IMG/VR virus record: IMGVR_UViG_3300031787_000096
Coordinates: 2,866-66,865 of that record
Origin: a virus
Reading direction: 5' to 3' (one strand)
DNA length: 64,000 bases
Of the stretch, positions 1-9,710 are shown one piece after another (positions within the stretch are counted from its first letter, which is position 1; every line of letters starts with the position of its first letter). Under the pieces are notes generated by a model. The model searched no databases, was not told the origin of the DNA, and saw nothing but the letters and a program-made list of their open reading frames with translations. The position numbers were made by a program, and so were the translations under genes.

Positions 1-2
1 GC

Positions 3-377
3 CAGCGGGAGGTCAGCAGTGCAGCGGGCCAGGGTGATGGGGCCCAGCGGCCTGGTGGGCAGCGGTCTTCTCTGAGCCGGCCGGAGTCTGGTTCTCCCTC
101 CGCCGACGCTGCCTCCCCGGCTCAGGGCCGCACCCAGACCACGGCCCCGACGCCAACGCCCTCAGCCCCAGCCGACCCCGGCCAGGTGGCCCTCGATGCC
201 GAGACGATCCAGCGCCTCCACAGCACCCTGCGGGCTCTCCCCCGCCCCCAGCTGGAGAGCCTCACCCGGGCCTTCCGCAAGCGCTTCCAGGTGCCAGACG
301 ATGCCGTGACGATCGCCGATCGGATCAACCAGAAGTGCCACCACGACTGGATCGAGGCGTTTCTCGTCCAGCAGTAG
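3..377 (+). CDS. C-terminal part of a probable single-strand annealing protein (possibly Rad52/Rad22-like); 5' truncated by the window
   Basis: Frame is open from base 3 (QREV, low-complexity linker), then LTRAFRKRFQVP...TIADRINQKCHHDWI, homologous to the C-terminus of 58533-59303. The Rad52 assignment is inference. Confidence 0.55.
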   Translation, partial: QREVSSAAGQGDGAQRPGGQRSSLSRPESGSPSADAASPAQGRTQTTAPTPTPSAPADPGQVALDAETIQRLHSTLRALPRPQLESLTRAFRKRFQVPDDAVTIADRINQKCHHDWIEAFLVQQ

Positions 378-439
378 TCATGGGCAGTTGGGGGCTCCAC
401 CGGCCTGGGGCCCCATCGGATCGCCCGACTATCCCAGGG

Positions 440-751
440 TCAGCCAGCTGCACAGGTCTGGGGCTCGAGCGAGAGCTCGGAGAGCTGTTCAGCCACTTGA
501 TACCGGACTTCCTCACTCTGCTGACTCAGCGGCAGCACCTCCAGACATGGGCTCCCAGAAGTGAGGCTGATCTCCTGGCCCTTCATCAATGGCAGAAGCC
601 TGGGATCCTCAAAGTTGGCGCTGGTCGCAAAGACCAGGTGCCTGTCGTGATCCGCATCAAAGACGTAGCCCACGACGTAGAACGTCCCGTCGGGACTGGT
701 CGCGCTGGTCACCACCTCGTGGAGAAAAGCTCGGGTTGGTTGCGCCGCCAT
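440..751 (-). CDS. hypothetical protein
   Basis: 103-aa ORF with globular composition (FYVVGYVFD). Confidence 0.6.
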   Translation of the reverse strand: MAAQPTRAFLHEVVTSATSPDGTFYVVGYVFDADHDRHLVFATSANFEDPRLLPLMKGQEISLTSGSPCLEVLPLSQQSEEVRYQVAEQLSELSLEPQTCAAG

Positions 752-1079
752 CGGTGGTTCTCCTCTTCAAGCGATGGGGCTGCTGCTGCACCACAGCCGC
801 ACCCTCGGGGGTGCAGTTCGGTGCGCCGCGGTTTCACTCGATCGCTTCTGGCAGAGCGAGGGGCGGAAGGAAGTGGACTGGTCGGGCGGCGTGGAAGGCC
901 CGGAATCACTGGCCATGGGCTGACTGCAGAGTCATGAACAAGGGACCGCATGGGTAGAAGCAGAGGGCTCCAACTTCCCCCGGCCTTTCTCGTTCCGAAA
1001 GGCCAGCCCCGCGGACTTCAAGGTCTAACACCGGGTTTTGGGGGCGGACACCACCGGTAGCGTCAAGCGGCTTTACGAC

Positions 1080-1108
1080 TTGCCACATTTGGTGGTCAGC
1101 CGTAGGAT
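1080..1108 (+). promoter_or_regulatory. sigma70-like promoter TTGCCA-N17-TAGGAT within an imperfect hairpin (~1041-1114)
   Basis: Near-consensus boxes with a 17-nt spacer; pairing arms GGGGCG/CGCCCC, ACCACC/GGTGGT, CAAG/CTTG. Confidence 0.4.
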
Positions 1109-1477
1109 CGCCCCACTTGGAGGGTTGGCTCAGAGAGTTGTCGCGATAGGGCATCCCGAGAACCGCCGCAACCTACCGCCAGACCCGAAATTGAGAGCCC
1201 CTGCGCCGCAGCGGCTCTCATGCGCTCTCAATAAGCCCTTGTGCCAGTCGAGAAGCTGGCGGCGTTGGTGCACTGCGTTCCGGCCCCCAGCCGGGATGAG
1301 TTGAGGCGCAATTACAACGCGGGCTATTGAACGCCTCGACTGACCCGCAATGAGCAGAGGCCACAGACGCACTTACGTGGCGTAGTTGATGGCGCCTCGT
1401 CGTCCCCGTGGGTGTTGGCTGCCAAGAGTGATGCTGGTCTGCGAACTCGAAAGAGACTTAATCACGGATCATCCGGC

Positions 1478-2668
1478 TTAGAAGGGAGCTTGATACCTTG
1501 CAAGCAGCTGATCAATTTCACGGGAGAACTGCGCTTCCTGCTCAGCCAATGAGAAACCGCGTGACATGCCGATGATCCTGGATTGGAACTCTGGCAGCGC
1601 TTTTAACTCAGCATAGGACCCCACACCATTTTGAAGAGCTTGCCTCACAATTGGACGCTGAAGAATATTGTGATAGTGCTTGAAGCCAGGCAACTGATGC
1701 TGCATGCTTTCATAGATTTCATCGCGCAGCGTGATGAGGTCCCTCCCCAAGTCCCCTGTAGCTTCTCGAGCTCTCGACGCATCACCGTGAGCCTTCACAT
1801 CTGACTGCTCTTGGGGTAATTGGGCTCCAGCCGGAGCAAGCGGTAACAACTGCCTTGAATACGACTGGAGCTCACCACGCATCGATGCCAGCTCTTGTCG
1901 AACAAAATCGCGCAGCTCTTGGATTGGGGCAGTGCTTGCCTCCAGTCCATCTTGCATGATTTGCTCGATTTGGCTCAGAAACTCAGGCGTAGAGACCATC
2001 TCACCCTCGGATGAGCTTTGAATATCAGGAGCCTGGGCAGATCCGGGCGATGGTTGCCCAACCTGAAGAATGCCAGAGCTTGCAACCTCAGAAGATATGT
2101 GGAAACGATATGGCTCAATTTCCTCTCGTGAGGGTCGAGCGATGCGAAAACTAAATCGCGTTGCCTCTTCTCGATTGGCATGAGCAACCTGAAGCACGAG
2201 ATCGTACAGCGCTTGGGCCACGTCAAAAAGTCTCAGCGATTGAACCCCATAGCAACCGTTAAAAGCAGCCTCGCCGCCAGCAAAGCATCGATGAGCTTCT
2301 GAATCCCTGGCTGAACGTAGAGAGAGTGCAAGTCCTCGAAATTCGCTAAAATAAAATGCAAGGCTTCTCTTCTGTTGCGCATTCAAGCCGAGCGTCAGAG
2401 ATCTTGAGCTCCTGCGAATACTGCTTATCAAGAAGCTGGCATAGATCCGCATGTCCCGATTGTCACTGAAAAGCTCCCACCACTGTCCTGATTCACTGAG
2501 GTCCCTCGCCCGGTTCTTGGCAACATGCTCCAAGATGAATTGCACATCATCCAGCTTGCTAGCCGCTCTTTCATCTGCGGAGAGGCAGAGGTAGCTGACA
2601 AAGCAGAGCCATTTGTAGACCTCGGAAACCTGCGCTCCCATTAGCTCTGTATTAACGAGACTAGCCAT
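1478..2668 (-). CDS. hypothetical protein with coiled-coil segment
   Basis: Long ORF in a lower-GC region; ATG at 2668 follows GGAGG. Confidence 0.7.
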   Translation of the reverse strand: MASLVNTELMGAQVSEVYKWLCFVSYLCLSADERAASKLDDVQFILEHVAKNRARDLSESGQWWELFSDNRDMRIYASFLISSIRRSSRSLTLGLNAQQKRSLAFYFSEFRGLALSLRSARDSEAHRCFAGGEAAFNGCYGVQSLRLFDVAQALYDLVLQVAHANREEATRFSFRIARPSREEIEPYRFHISSEVASSGILQVGQPSPGSAQAPDIQSSSEGEMVSTPEFLSQIEQIMQDGLEASTAPIQELRDFVRQELASMRGELQSYSRQLLPLAPAGAQLPQEQSDVKAHGDASRAREATGDLGRDLITLRDEIYESMQHQLPGFKHYHNILQRPIVRQALQNGVGSYAELKALPEFQSRIIGMSRGFSLAEQEAQFSREIDQLLARYQAPF

Positions 2669-2854
2669 CGAGGCCTCCTGACTGGCACTGGCTTTGCTTA
2701 TGCCATAACCAATCCTTGTCCACGGGCGTAGTCTCAATACGAAGGTCAGGGTAAATAGCCTGGCCTTGGTCAACGACTCTCATCTTTTCATCGATGCCAA
2801 TCGCATGCGGATGGTGAATACAAATATATCGAATAGACGCATCAAGCGTTTGCA

Positions 2855-3715
2855 TTATGTTCGCAACCAGCCAAGAGGCCGAAATCCCATCGCCTCATTG
2901 ACAAACGCCGTACTAGACATCACCAAGGAAGCGAGGAGATACGCAGCGACCACAATGTTCAGCCCTGGCACCGATAAGGCGGCGAACAGAGCTGCATATT
3001 TGGCTGCCTTGATACCAAGGGTTTTCAGGGTTAGGTCTCGGAACTGATCCGAGGTGATGCGTCCATCACGAAAGCGCCGCCAGAGCTCAAAGACGATGAC
3101 TCCCGATGAAAGCAGTGGCAGAACCGGGAAGAAGGCCCAGATTGTTTCATCAGCTGCATCATTAAGCTCTTGCATCTTGTCTACGAAGTCCTCTACCCGT
3201 ATCGTCAGATCCTCATTGCTCATGCCGGAGGACTCCAGAGCCAAGCGTTCAGCCAGCTCCTCAGTCACGAGAATCTCCGTGTCTGGATTGGACTCGATCC
3301 AGGCATTGATTAGGCTCGGATTGTCAGTCGCTTTAAGCTGAATCTCCCATGACTCGTTAGTTGACTGATCAAAGAGCTGGACGTCGACGGATTGGTGGTT
3401 CGTTTCCGGGAACAGAGCCGCAAAGACACTGTCACCATCAGTGTTTTCAATGATCTGAAACTCCATTTCGTGGAGGATTCCCTTCACATTATTTACCAAA
3501 CCCGCAACTTGGTCATCGCTAAGGCCATCGAGCTTCTCAGTGATCTGCTCAAGGGGAAGGTCCCACTCTGGGGAGCTCCTCTTTAACGCTGCCAAAACCC
3601 CATAGTCAGGCTCCTCAAGCGAGTCGGATGAAAAGAGGATTTTGGCCAGAGCGGCCAAAATGGACGCTTCATCAAAGCGGCAGCTGATGTAGCGAATCCC
3701 TGGAGTCCGGTTCAT
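2855..3715 (-). CDS. membrane-anchored protein with PD-(D/E)xK-like motifs
   Basis: KGILHE...SVDVQL...EIQLKAT and C-terminal hydrophobic helices; overlaps the upstream gene by 4 nt. Confidence 0.65.
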   Translation of the reverse strand: MNRTPGIRYISCRFDEASILAALAKILFSSDSLEEPDYGVLAALKRSSPEWDLPLEQITEKLDGLSDDQVAGLVNNVKGILHEMEFQIIENTDGDSVFAALFPETNHQSVDVQLFDQSTNESWEIQLKATDNPSLINAWIESNPDTEILVTEELAERLALESSGMSNEDLTIRVEDFVDKMQELNDAADETIWAFFPVLPLLSSGVIVFELWRRFRDGRITSDQFRDLTLKTLGIKAAKYAALFAALSVPGLNIVVAAYLLASLVMSSTAFVNEAMGFRPLGWLRT

Positions 3716-4248
3716 GATTCCGGCTTGAAGTCTTTTCCACGTTTACGCCCCTCTGCCTTGGCTTCTCTCCACATCTTCTTCAACTCGGGTGCGGAGACAA
3801 CCTTGCCTCTTGATTTCTCCTTAAGGTAGTAGTCCATGGTCCGCCCCACCGCGTAGGTCAGTCCGTAGACAAGTGGAATCGTTGTAAAGCCAGCCAAGAA
3901 TGGCAGCCCCACCTTGTACAGGCCCAAAGCTGCTTGTTGGGCCAACATTCCCATGCCAACGGTCCCTAAAATTTCCTTAAGCAACTCATTGGCCTTCGCC
4001 TCAGTGATGGGCATGCCGCGAATAGCGCTCAACCTTGAGCCCATATAGGCTTGAATTGGCGTCAAGATAAAGATATCGGCGAATGGCAGCGGCTGAGCGG
4101 CGGCAGCTGCGCAAGTTGCCGAGAATATATGGATTGTTCTGGAGATCTTTTCTTCAGTGCTAAGGTCCTCCCTGATTTCGATTTGGGTAACTTCGCGCTC
4201 AATCTTTGTCTTGATACGATCTATCCAGTTGCTATTGGCGTCAGTCAT
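3712..4248 (-). CDS. DUF697/YcjF-like membrane protein
   Basis: AAQPLPFADIFILTPIQAYM and TYAVG motifs. Confidence 0.7.
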   Translation of the reverse strand: MTDANSNWIDRIKTKIEREVTQIEIREDLSTEEKISRTIHIFSATCAAAAAQPLPFADIFILTPIQAYMGSRLSAIRGMPITEAKANELLKEILGTVGMGMLAQQAALGLYKVGLPFLAGFTTIPLVYGLTYAVGRTMDYYLKEKSRGKVVSAPELKKMWREAKAEGRKRGKDFKPES

Positions 4249-4430
4249 GGCTCCAGCCTTCCGGGGCGTGCAATAGTTGCATCACGCCTGGGCAGAGCAA
4301 TTATACAAGAACCCGCGGGAGAAATCTAGCTTCCATCAATAGCTTTGCTCTTCCGCGCATGAATACGTGTGCACGGCGTAATCGTGCTAAGGCTATTGTG
4401 GGCATTGCTACGGCATCTAGAACTTGCATT

Positions 4431-5096
4431 TCAAGCTTGTATTGGGATCCAACCAGCCAGTAGCTTCCAGCCCACAGGCCCCTCAGGCCAGTCCTCTATC
4501 GGCGGAGTCCAAGGAACACTGAGACTGATCACTGCATAGCCCTGCTGCCCAGTGATTTCCCGACCATTGAGCTTTTCAGTAAGTACGCAGTCAGTGACGC
4601 TGATTCCCCGAAGCTCAATGCCTTCGGTTGTGGACAGCGTTGCTTTCCACTTGCCGCCACTTTGGTCAAAATCAATACGGCGTACTTTGCGAAGTTCAAG
4701 AGTCGTGCGCTCAGCAAGTGGCTTTAACTCGATCACGTCGGGACGTGTGTATTTGGCTTGGGAATGCAGGATCCGAGCAGCGGTGCAGAGATAGCGATGA
4801 AGATCTCTGGTGCCAGCCACACCTAACTTTGTCCAGGGTGTCGCTTCGATCCAGCGATTTTCTTTGGCATGGCAGTAGTCAAACCCAGCAGGACCATCGT
4901 GAGCTAGATCCATCTGGATTAGATCTAGGGGTTGCGGCTCTTGGCCATTTGCCTGACGCTCGCGAAGAGGCACCTCCCCTTTTGGAGTATGGCGGCTTAC
5001 GGGGCGCACCCACTGCCCGGTACGCACATCGATGCCGGCGATGCAGCGTTCGCCCTCCTTTTTAGAGTTGGCCAGGCAGAGCACAGTAGTTTCCAT
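4431..5096 (-). CDS. dual OB-fold domain protein
   Basis: CLANSKKEGERCIAG...WVRPVS and ISLSVPW...KLLAG motifs; lies downstream of two DUF488 genes. Confidence 0.75.
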   Translation of the reverse strand: METTVLCLANSKKEGERCIAGIDVRTGQWVRPVSRHTPKGEVPLRERQANGQEPQPLDLIQMDLAHDGPAGFDYCHAKENRWIEATPWTKLGVAGTRDLHRYLCTAARILHSQAKYTRPDVIELKPLAERTTLELRKVRRIDFDQSGGKWKATLSTTEGIELRGISVTDCVLTEKLNGREITGQQGYAVISLSVPWTPPIEDWPEGPVGWKLLAGWIPIQA

Positions 5097-5099
5097 ACC

Positions 5100-5549
5100 T
5101 CAGAGGTGCACGATCTCCACTCCTCCTCCAAGATGATTCTTGAAGAACTCTGCTGCCAGCCTTCTGTGGCAATGGTGTGGAGTTGCCTCACTGCAAAGCA
5201 AGCAAGCCCCATCCAGCAAGTCGGCTGGAAAGAGCTCTTCGACATGGCGCTTGTCGATCAGATCGTTGTAAGCGGTGGCATATGTGTCCCAGGTGATCTC
5301 GCCTTTCTTGTAGCTCTTTAGAATGTCGTCAGTAGGCGCGAGCTTCAGGGCATGATCATAGCTTACCCCAGCCACCTTATCCAAGAAGAATGCAAGATCA
5401 TCCTTCTTGGTGAATCCCGCCAGCTGCGAAACATTGTTCAGTCGCGTGTCCAGCACTTTATTTACTCCACTCTTCTGTATCAATTCAAAGAATTGCTTGG
5501 CGTTCTTCTTGGTGAATCCAATCGTGTAGAGCGTGATCTTCTTACCCAT
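5100..5549 (-). CDS. DUF488 family protein
   Basis: LYTIGFTKK, DTRL..SQLAGF, CLLCSE..PHHCHRR. Confidence 0.9.
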   Translation of the reverse strand: MGKKITLYTIGFTKKNAKQFFELIQKSGVNKVLDTRLNNVSQLAGFTKKDDLAFFLDKVAGVSYDHALKLAPTDDILKSYKKGEITWDTYATAYNDLIDKRHVEELFPADLLDGACLLCSEATPHHCHRRLAAEFFKNHLGGGVEIVHL

Positions 5550-5558
5550 GGGAATGCA

Positions 5559-6233
5559 TCAGGCGGCAATCAGTGGTTTGGTGTAAGCAATCCGCCGCCC
5601 TTGTTGGCGGTAGGCCTCATCAAGCTCTTCTTCTGGGCTGATTAGTCGGCCCTGAGTGACCTCGCGACCTAGAAGATCCAACTGCACATCTCCTCCTGAG
5701 ACCTCCAGGATGCCGAGTCTCTGCAAGGCCCGGCGCATGCGGTGTTCTAGCTCCTGATGGCTCTCCAGTGATCCATCTCCAAGGATGTGCTGCACGTCCA
5801 CCCCCCTGGCCTGAAGGTGCCGGCTGACTAGGATCGATCGATGGCATGTCAGGGGGTCCCGCTCTGCGCATAGCAGCGCCAGGGTCAGCCCTCGTCCCAG
5901 CCCCTTCAGCACCCGGCTCAGGCCTAGTTGAAAGGCTGGCAACTGAGCCACACGTTCATAGGCAGCCTGCAGCCCGTCGTAGGCCGATTCCTCCTCCCTC
6001 CGGGCGCCCAGCTCCTCCCCAAGGAACACGTAGCGGATGCCGTGCTGGTGGAACTCCGCCTCAAGCTCAGGCCTGTTGAACTGTGGTAGACGGCGGCTGT
6101 AAGGCATGGAGCGGACATCCGCCACAGCGTTGATCCCATGCAGCTGGAGCAGTCCCACCAGCTGGCTCAGAGTCTGGTTGGAGTGGCCGACCGTGTAGAG
6201 ACGCACGGGATGCACGCTGCTCAGCGTCCCCAT
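5559..6233 (-). CDS. DUF488 family protein
   Basis: LYTVGHSN, DVRSMPYSR, LLCAERDPLTCHR; real start about 6233 rather than 6554. Confidence 0.9.
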   Translation of the reverse strand: MGTLSSVHPVRLYTVGHSNQTLSQLVGLLQLHGINAVADVRSMPYSRRLPQFNRPELEAEFHQHGIRYVFLGEELGARREEESAYDGLQAAYERVAQLPAFQLGLSRVLKGLGRGLTLALLCAERDPLTCHRSILVSRHLQARGVDVQHILGDGSLESHQELEHRMRRALQRLGILEVSGGDVQLDLLGREVTQGRLISPEEELDEAYRQQGRRIAYTKPLIAA

Positions 6234-6327
6234 TCTGTCAAAGACGCCCCGGATCGAGCAGGGCCTGGCGGGTCCTTCAGTTGCGGACTGGGATTTCGGC
6301 GTGCCGGGCCTCGACTCGACCCCATGA

Positions 6328-6539
6328 CAGGCGTTGTGGGCGGTCATGGGGGGGGGGGGCTGGCCATGGGGCTGGCGATCACGCCACTCGGCCTGCCCCG
6401 GCTTGCGCACCGCGCAAGGGCTGACGCGAGTCGCTCCGCTGCGCTGCGCGACCCTTGCGCGGCGCTGGCGGCGCCGGGGCTGAACGGCGGTGTCGTTCGC
6501 CAGCCCAGCCATGGCCGCCACTCCCCTGGTCCGCGCCTG
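6328..6539 (+). promoter_or_regulatory. long imperfect hairpin, CAAGG/CCTTG family copy A
   Basis: CCGCGCAAGGG 6410-6420 pairs with CCCTTGCGCGG 6452-6462; outer arms GCCCCGGC/GCCGGGGC, GGCTGGCGA/TCGCCAGCC, GGCCATGG/CCATGGCC; loop GCTCCGCTGCGCTGCGC. Confidence 0.85.
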
Positions 6540-6723
6540 CCCGATCCGCATCATCTCGGTGCACCTGCTCGATGCCGCCGGCCAGCTGCTGCGGGTGCTG
6601 TTCCTCGATCGCGAGGGCCATATCAGCGCCCAGCCGCACTACGTGCCCAGGGCCGAGGCCCTGATCCTGGCCTCCAATCAGCAGCGAGTGCTTGGGCCCC
6701 AGGCCAGGGTGCACGTGCTCTGA
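6511..6723 (+). CDS. small hypothetical protein downstream of hairpin A
   Basis: MAATPLVRACPIRIISVHLLDAAGQLLRVLFLD; GC3-rich codons. Confidence 0.65.
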   Translation: MAATPLVRACPIRIISVHLLDAAGQLLRVLFLDREGHISAQPHYVPRAEALILASNQQRVLGPQARVHVL

Positions 6724-6935
6724 GGCGCCAGCGCCTCTCCCGGCTGGCACTGCCGGCCGGGATTTACCGGATCCCTGTCGGAGGGTTCCGCCTGGCGATC
6801 GGGCTGGGTATAAACCGGGAGCACCTTCCGGCCGATGCTCAGTTACACCGCCGCCTCCCATCGTGGCAACGATGGCCCCACAAGCGCCTGGGGCATCAGA
6901 GGGGGGTGCGCACGGGGAACCGGAGGTTGGTGAGC

Positions 6936-7394
6936 ATGCCAATCCCTGGGTTCAATCGGTATGGATTGCTACCTGACGGAGTTTACGGATGCACGATGTC
7001 AGAAGTGGAGGCAGCACTGGCATGGAATGACCAACGCCGCAGGCTGACTGATTCGCTGCAGGCGTTCATCAGAGATGAGCTCCTAGATCGCTTCACAACG
7101 ATTCCGCCACTTGTGCTCGATGGCAGCTATGTCACCTCAGAAGAGCACCCAGCAAATATCAACCTCGTGATTGAGCTGCAGGGCCTGCCGAGTGATCAGC
7201 AATGGGAGGGGCAAATGCTCTACGTGCGCAACGCCGAGCTGTTTGGCACCTACAACATTGACATGCGACCCAGCCTGGAGAAGCTTGGCCAGGACTTTGT
7301 CAGCTATTTCCGCTCCTGGGATCCCAAAAAGGCGCTTGAGAAGGAACTTGATTGCAAGCTCGTCAAGAAAGGGCTGCTGAGGTTGATGTCATGA
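6936..7394 (+). CDS. DUF6932-like nucleotidyltransferase-fold protein (DxD replaced by NxN)
   Basis: MPIPGFNRYGLLPDG, LDGSYVT..EHPANINLV, KKGLL; GGAGG upstream. Confidence 0.75.
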   Translation: MPIPGFNRYGLLPDGVYGCTMSEVEAALAWNDQRRRLTDSLQAFIRDELLDRFTTIPPLVLDGSYVTSEEHPANINLVIELQGLPSDQQWEGQMLYVRNAELFGTYNIDMRPSLEKLGQDFVSYFRSWDPKKALEKELDCKLVKKGLLRLMS

Positions 7395-8401
7395 GCAGCT
7401 GGATCGACATCGTCGAGGGCAAAGCCCGCATCATCCACCGAGAGCTCCTGGCAGCGCGAGAACTGGCCGTGCAGCTGGGCAAAGACCCTGAGATGGTCAG
7501 CACACCGTATTTCGAGCTGCTCGCCAGGCTCTATCGCGACGAATTCCCCTACGCATCACTGGCTGATCAGGCCGATCTGGTCGCTCGATTCACGGGGCCT
7601 GGTGTGATGACCCACGAGCCGCCCATCTCCCTTGTCACCGGCGCATTCTCGAAGCTGCGCACCCAGATTCAGAAGATCGCCAAGTCAATCGCAGGTCTCA
7701 GCGAAGAGAAGCGCGTTCGCTGGCCGGCAGACCTGGATCCGTATCTCTCAGGGCTGGCCTATGGAAGCCTGGTCGTGGGAATGCGGGTCCCGAGGCCAGA
7801 TGATGTCGGGGTCCAGGGGCAACTGGTGCTTGAGGGGGTGACCGATGGCCTCTATGAAGCCGTGCGCGAGGCGGTGTGCAGCCTCCCCTTGATTCCCAGG
7901 CTCATCAAAGATGAAGCCGTCAGTGAGGATGTCTATTCCCTGTTCCCTGACCCGGCTGTTCGCGACACCGTCATGGTGGCAGCCCAGAAGCTTGCACCCA
8001 CCCCCAGGAGCAAGGCCATCACCGAGCTGTTCCTCAGTTGTCCTGGGGAAAGCCAGGTGGCGCCCGCGGCACTCACCCGAGAGAGCGGCAAGATCCTGCA
8101 GCGATCCTTGGATCAGGCATCAGGGCAGCGCTTCCGGGGGACTGATGCCTTCGAGGGGGTGGTGCGCGAGATCGACCTGGATGCTCTGCGCTTTGAAATC
8201 CGAGGAGCCCGGTATCAACGCGGAATCCGCTGCATCTACGACGAACGGCATAAAGGGCAGGCGCGCGAGATCCTGGACTGCACTGTCCGGGTCAGTGGTA
8301 GCTACGAGGCCGCGGCCGATGAACAGCCCAGGCTTGTGGCGGTGGAATCGATCGAGATCCTCAAGAGACCACCGGAGCAGATGGCCCTGTTGGGGCAGTG
8401 A
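7391..8401 (+). CDS. hypothetical protein with C-terminal OB-like region, translationally coupled to the DUF6932-like gene
   Basis: ATGA overlap; FEGVVREIDLD...VRVSG...VESIEIL. Confidence 0.75.
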   Translation: MSSWIDIVEGKARIIHRELLAARELAVQLGKDPEMVSTPYFELLARLYRDEFPYASLADQADLVARFTGPGVMTHEPPISLVTGAFSKLRTQIQKIAKSIAGLSEEKRVRWPADLDPYLSGLAYGSLVVGMRVPRPDDVGVQGQLVLEGVTDGLYEAVREAVCSLPLIPRLIKDEAVSEDVYSLFPDPAVRDTVMVAAQKLAPTPRSKAITELFLSCPGESQVAPAALTRESGKILQRSLDQASGQRFRGTDAFEGVVREIDLDALRFEIRGARYQRGIRCIYDERHKGQAREILDCTVRVSGSYEAAADEQPRLVAVESIEILKRPPEQMALLGQ

Positions 8402-8433
8402 TCCCCTCTCCGACGCCTGCCAATCTCGGAAGC

Positions 8434-9414
8434 TCAGCCGAGCCCCACGTACACCGGCTGAAACCACTGCATCCGCCGGCTCTGACGCTTCTCGCCATGC
8501 AGCACGGTGTGCCAATGGCCCCGGCGCCAGTGGGGCCGGCGCGCGGTGCCGCTGCTGTTGGTGCCAGCCGTGGCCCCTTCTGAAGGAGCCCTTGGGGTGC
8601 GATCGAGCCGGAAGTCCTTGCCGATCCAGACCGGGCCTTGGGGTTTCACGGGGCCGGCGTCATCGGCACTGCCGGCCGAGAAACCCTTGCCGCTCGGCAC
8701 CTTGGCCGCCGGGCCCGTGGTGAGCAGCTCCGGTTGGTAGAGCTGCATCAGGAGGGCGTTGATCGCCAGGCCCTCCATCCGTTGGTTGGTGCTCTGCACC
8801 GCCTGTTCGTCCCACTGCCAGGCCGGGTGGCTCAGGTCTTCCACAGTCGGCTGCCGTTCGCCGATCTGCTGAAAGGAATGGCGGGTGAGATAGCTGGTGC
8901 CATCGAGGGCCAGGCCGACGCAGCTGATGCCGCTGATCCGCTTGGCCTCAGCCGGCAGCCAGTCGGCCATCGCTCGCAGGTCGGCCACGATCACCACCGG
9001 GATTGGCACGCCGTCTTCTGTGAACAGAGCTCCATCGGGAAGCATCAGCCGGAAGCAGGGCAGCACCAGCGGCAGCTCGTCATCCAGGTGGGGTGAGGGT
9101 GTGCGGCGGAAGGCCTCCGCCAGCTCCGGCGCCAGGAAGCGAGGCGGAGCTTCGACGATCCGCGCCCAGCGGCAGGTGGTGGCGGCCCAGAAGCCGATCG
9201 GATCGGCCAGCTCGTTCATCACCTCCGCGCCGGCCTCGATCAGGGCGGCGTAGGCCAGGTGATTGGCCCAGTGCTGGAAGCCCCGCGGGGAGCGGTAGCG
9301 GTGCTGCTCCTGCTGGATGTACGGATCCTGGCGGCGCAGTTCCGTGATCACCGTGCCGATCGGTGGCAGGTCCGCCTGGCTGGCCCGGATCGATTCAGGC
9401 GTCAGCCGGCTCAT
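8434..9414 (-). CDS. phage hypothetical protein with RPHWRRGHW motif
   Basis: C-terminal RRPHWRRGHW...WFQPVYVG motif. Confidence 0.75.
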   Translation of the reverse strand: MSRLTPESIRASQADLPPIGTVITELRRQDPYIQQEQHRYRSPRGFQHWANHLAYAALIEAGAEVMNELADPIGFWAATTCRWARIVEAPPRFLAPELAEAFRRTPSPHLDDELPLVLPCFRLMLPDGALFTEDGVPIPVVIVADLRAMADWLPAEAKRISGISCVGLALDGTSYLTRHSFQQIGERQPTVEDLSHPAWQWDEQAVQSTNQRMEGLAINALLMQLYQPELLTTGPAAKVPSGKGFSAGSADDAGPVKPQGPVWIGKDFRLDRTPRAPSEGATAGTNSSGTARRPHWRRGHWHTVLHGEKRQSRRMQWFQPVYVGLG

Positions 9415-9677
9415 CGAGGGGTGAGCGGCGGGTTGCCCGGCTGGATCTCGAGGTTGGTCACGTTCACCTGGGTGGTGACGCCATCGGCCCAGCTCACCGT
9501 CGCCACCACCACCGGGCTGCTGGGGATGATCGGCCCAATGGCGGTCACCGTGCCCCGCGCGAATGGTCCGCTGCTGGTGGGGGCCTCAGGGCCGCTCACC
9601 ATGGCCATCGACTGCAGGAAGGCCCGGGTGAAACGAACGGTGTCGCCGATCTGCAGGGGTGCGCTCACGTTGCTCAC
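9411..9677 (-). CDS. small SH3-like beta-barrel protein
   Basis: LQIGDTVRF...GTVTAI...VSWADG; coupled to the downstream gene. Confidence 0.6.
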   Translation of the reverse strand: MSNVSAPLQIGDTVRFTRAFLQSMAMVSGPEAPTSSGPFARGTVTAIGPIIPSSPVVVATVSWADGVTTQVNVTNLEIQPGNPPLTPR

Positions 9678-9710
9678 TGGCGGGCGTGACCCATCCTGAC
9701 CGGATCACGG

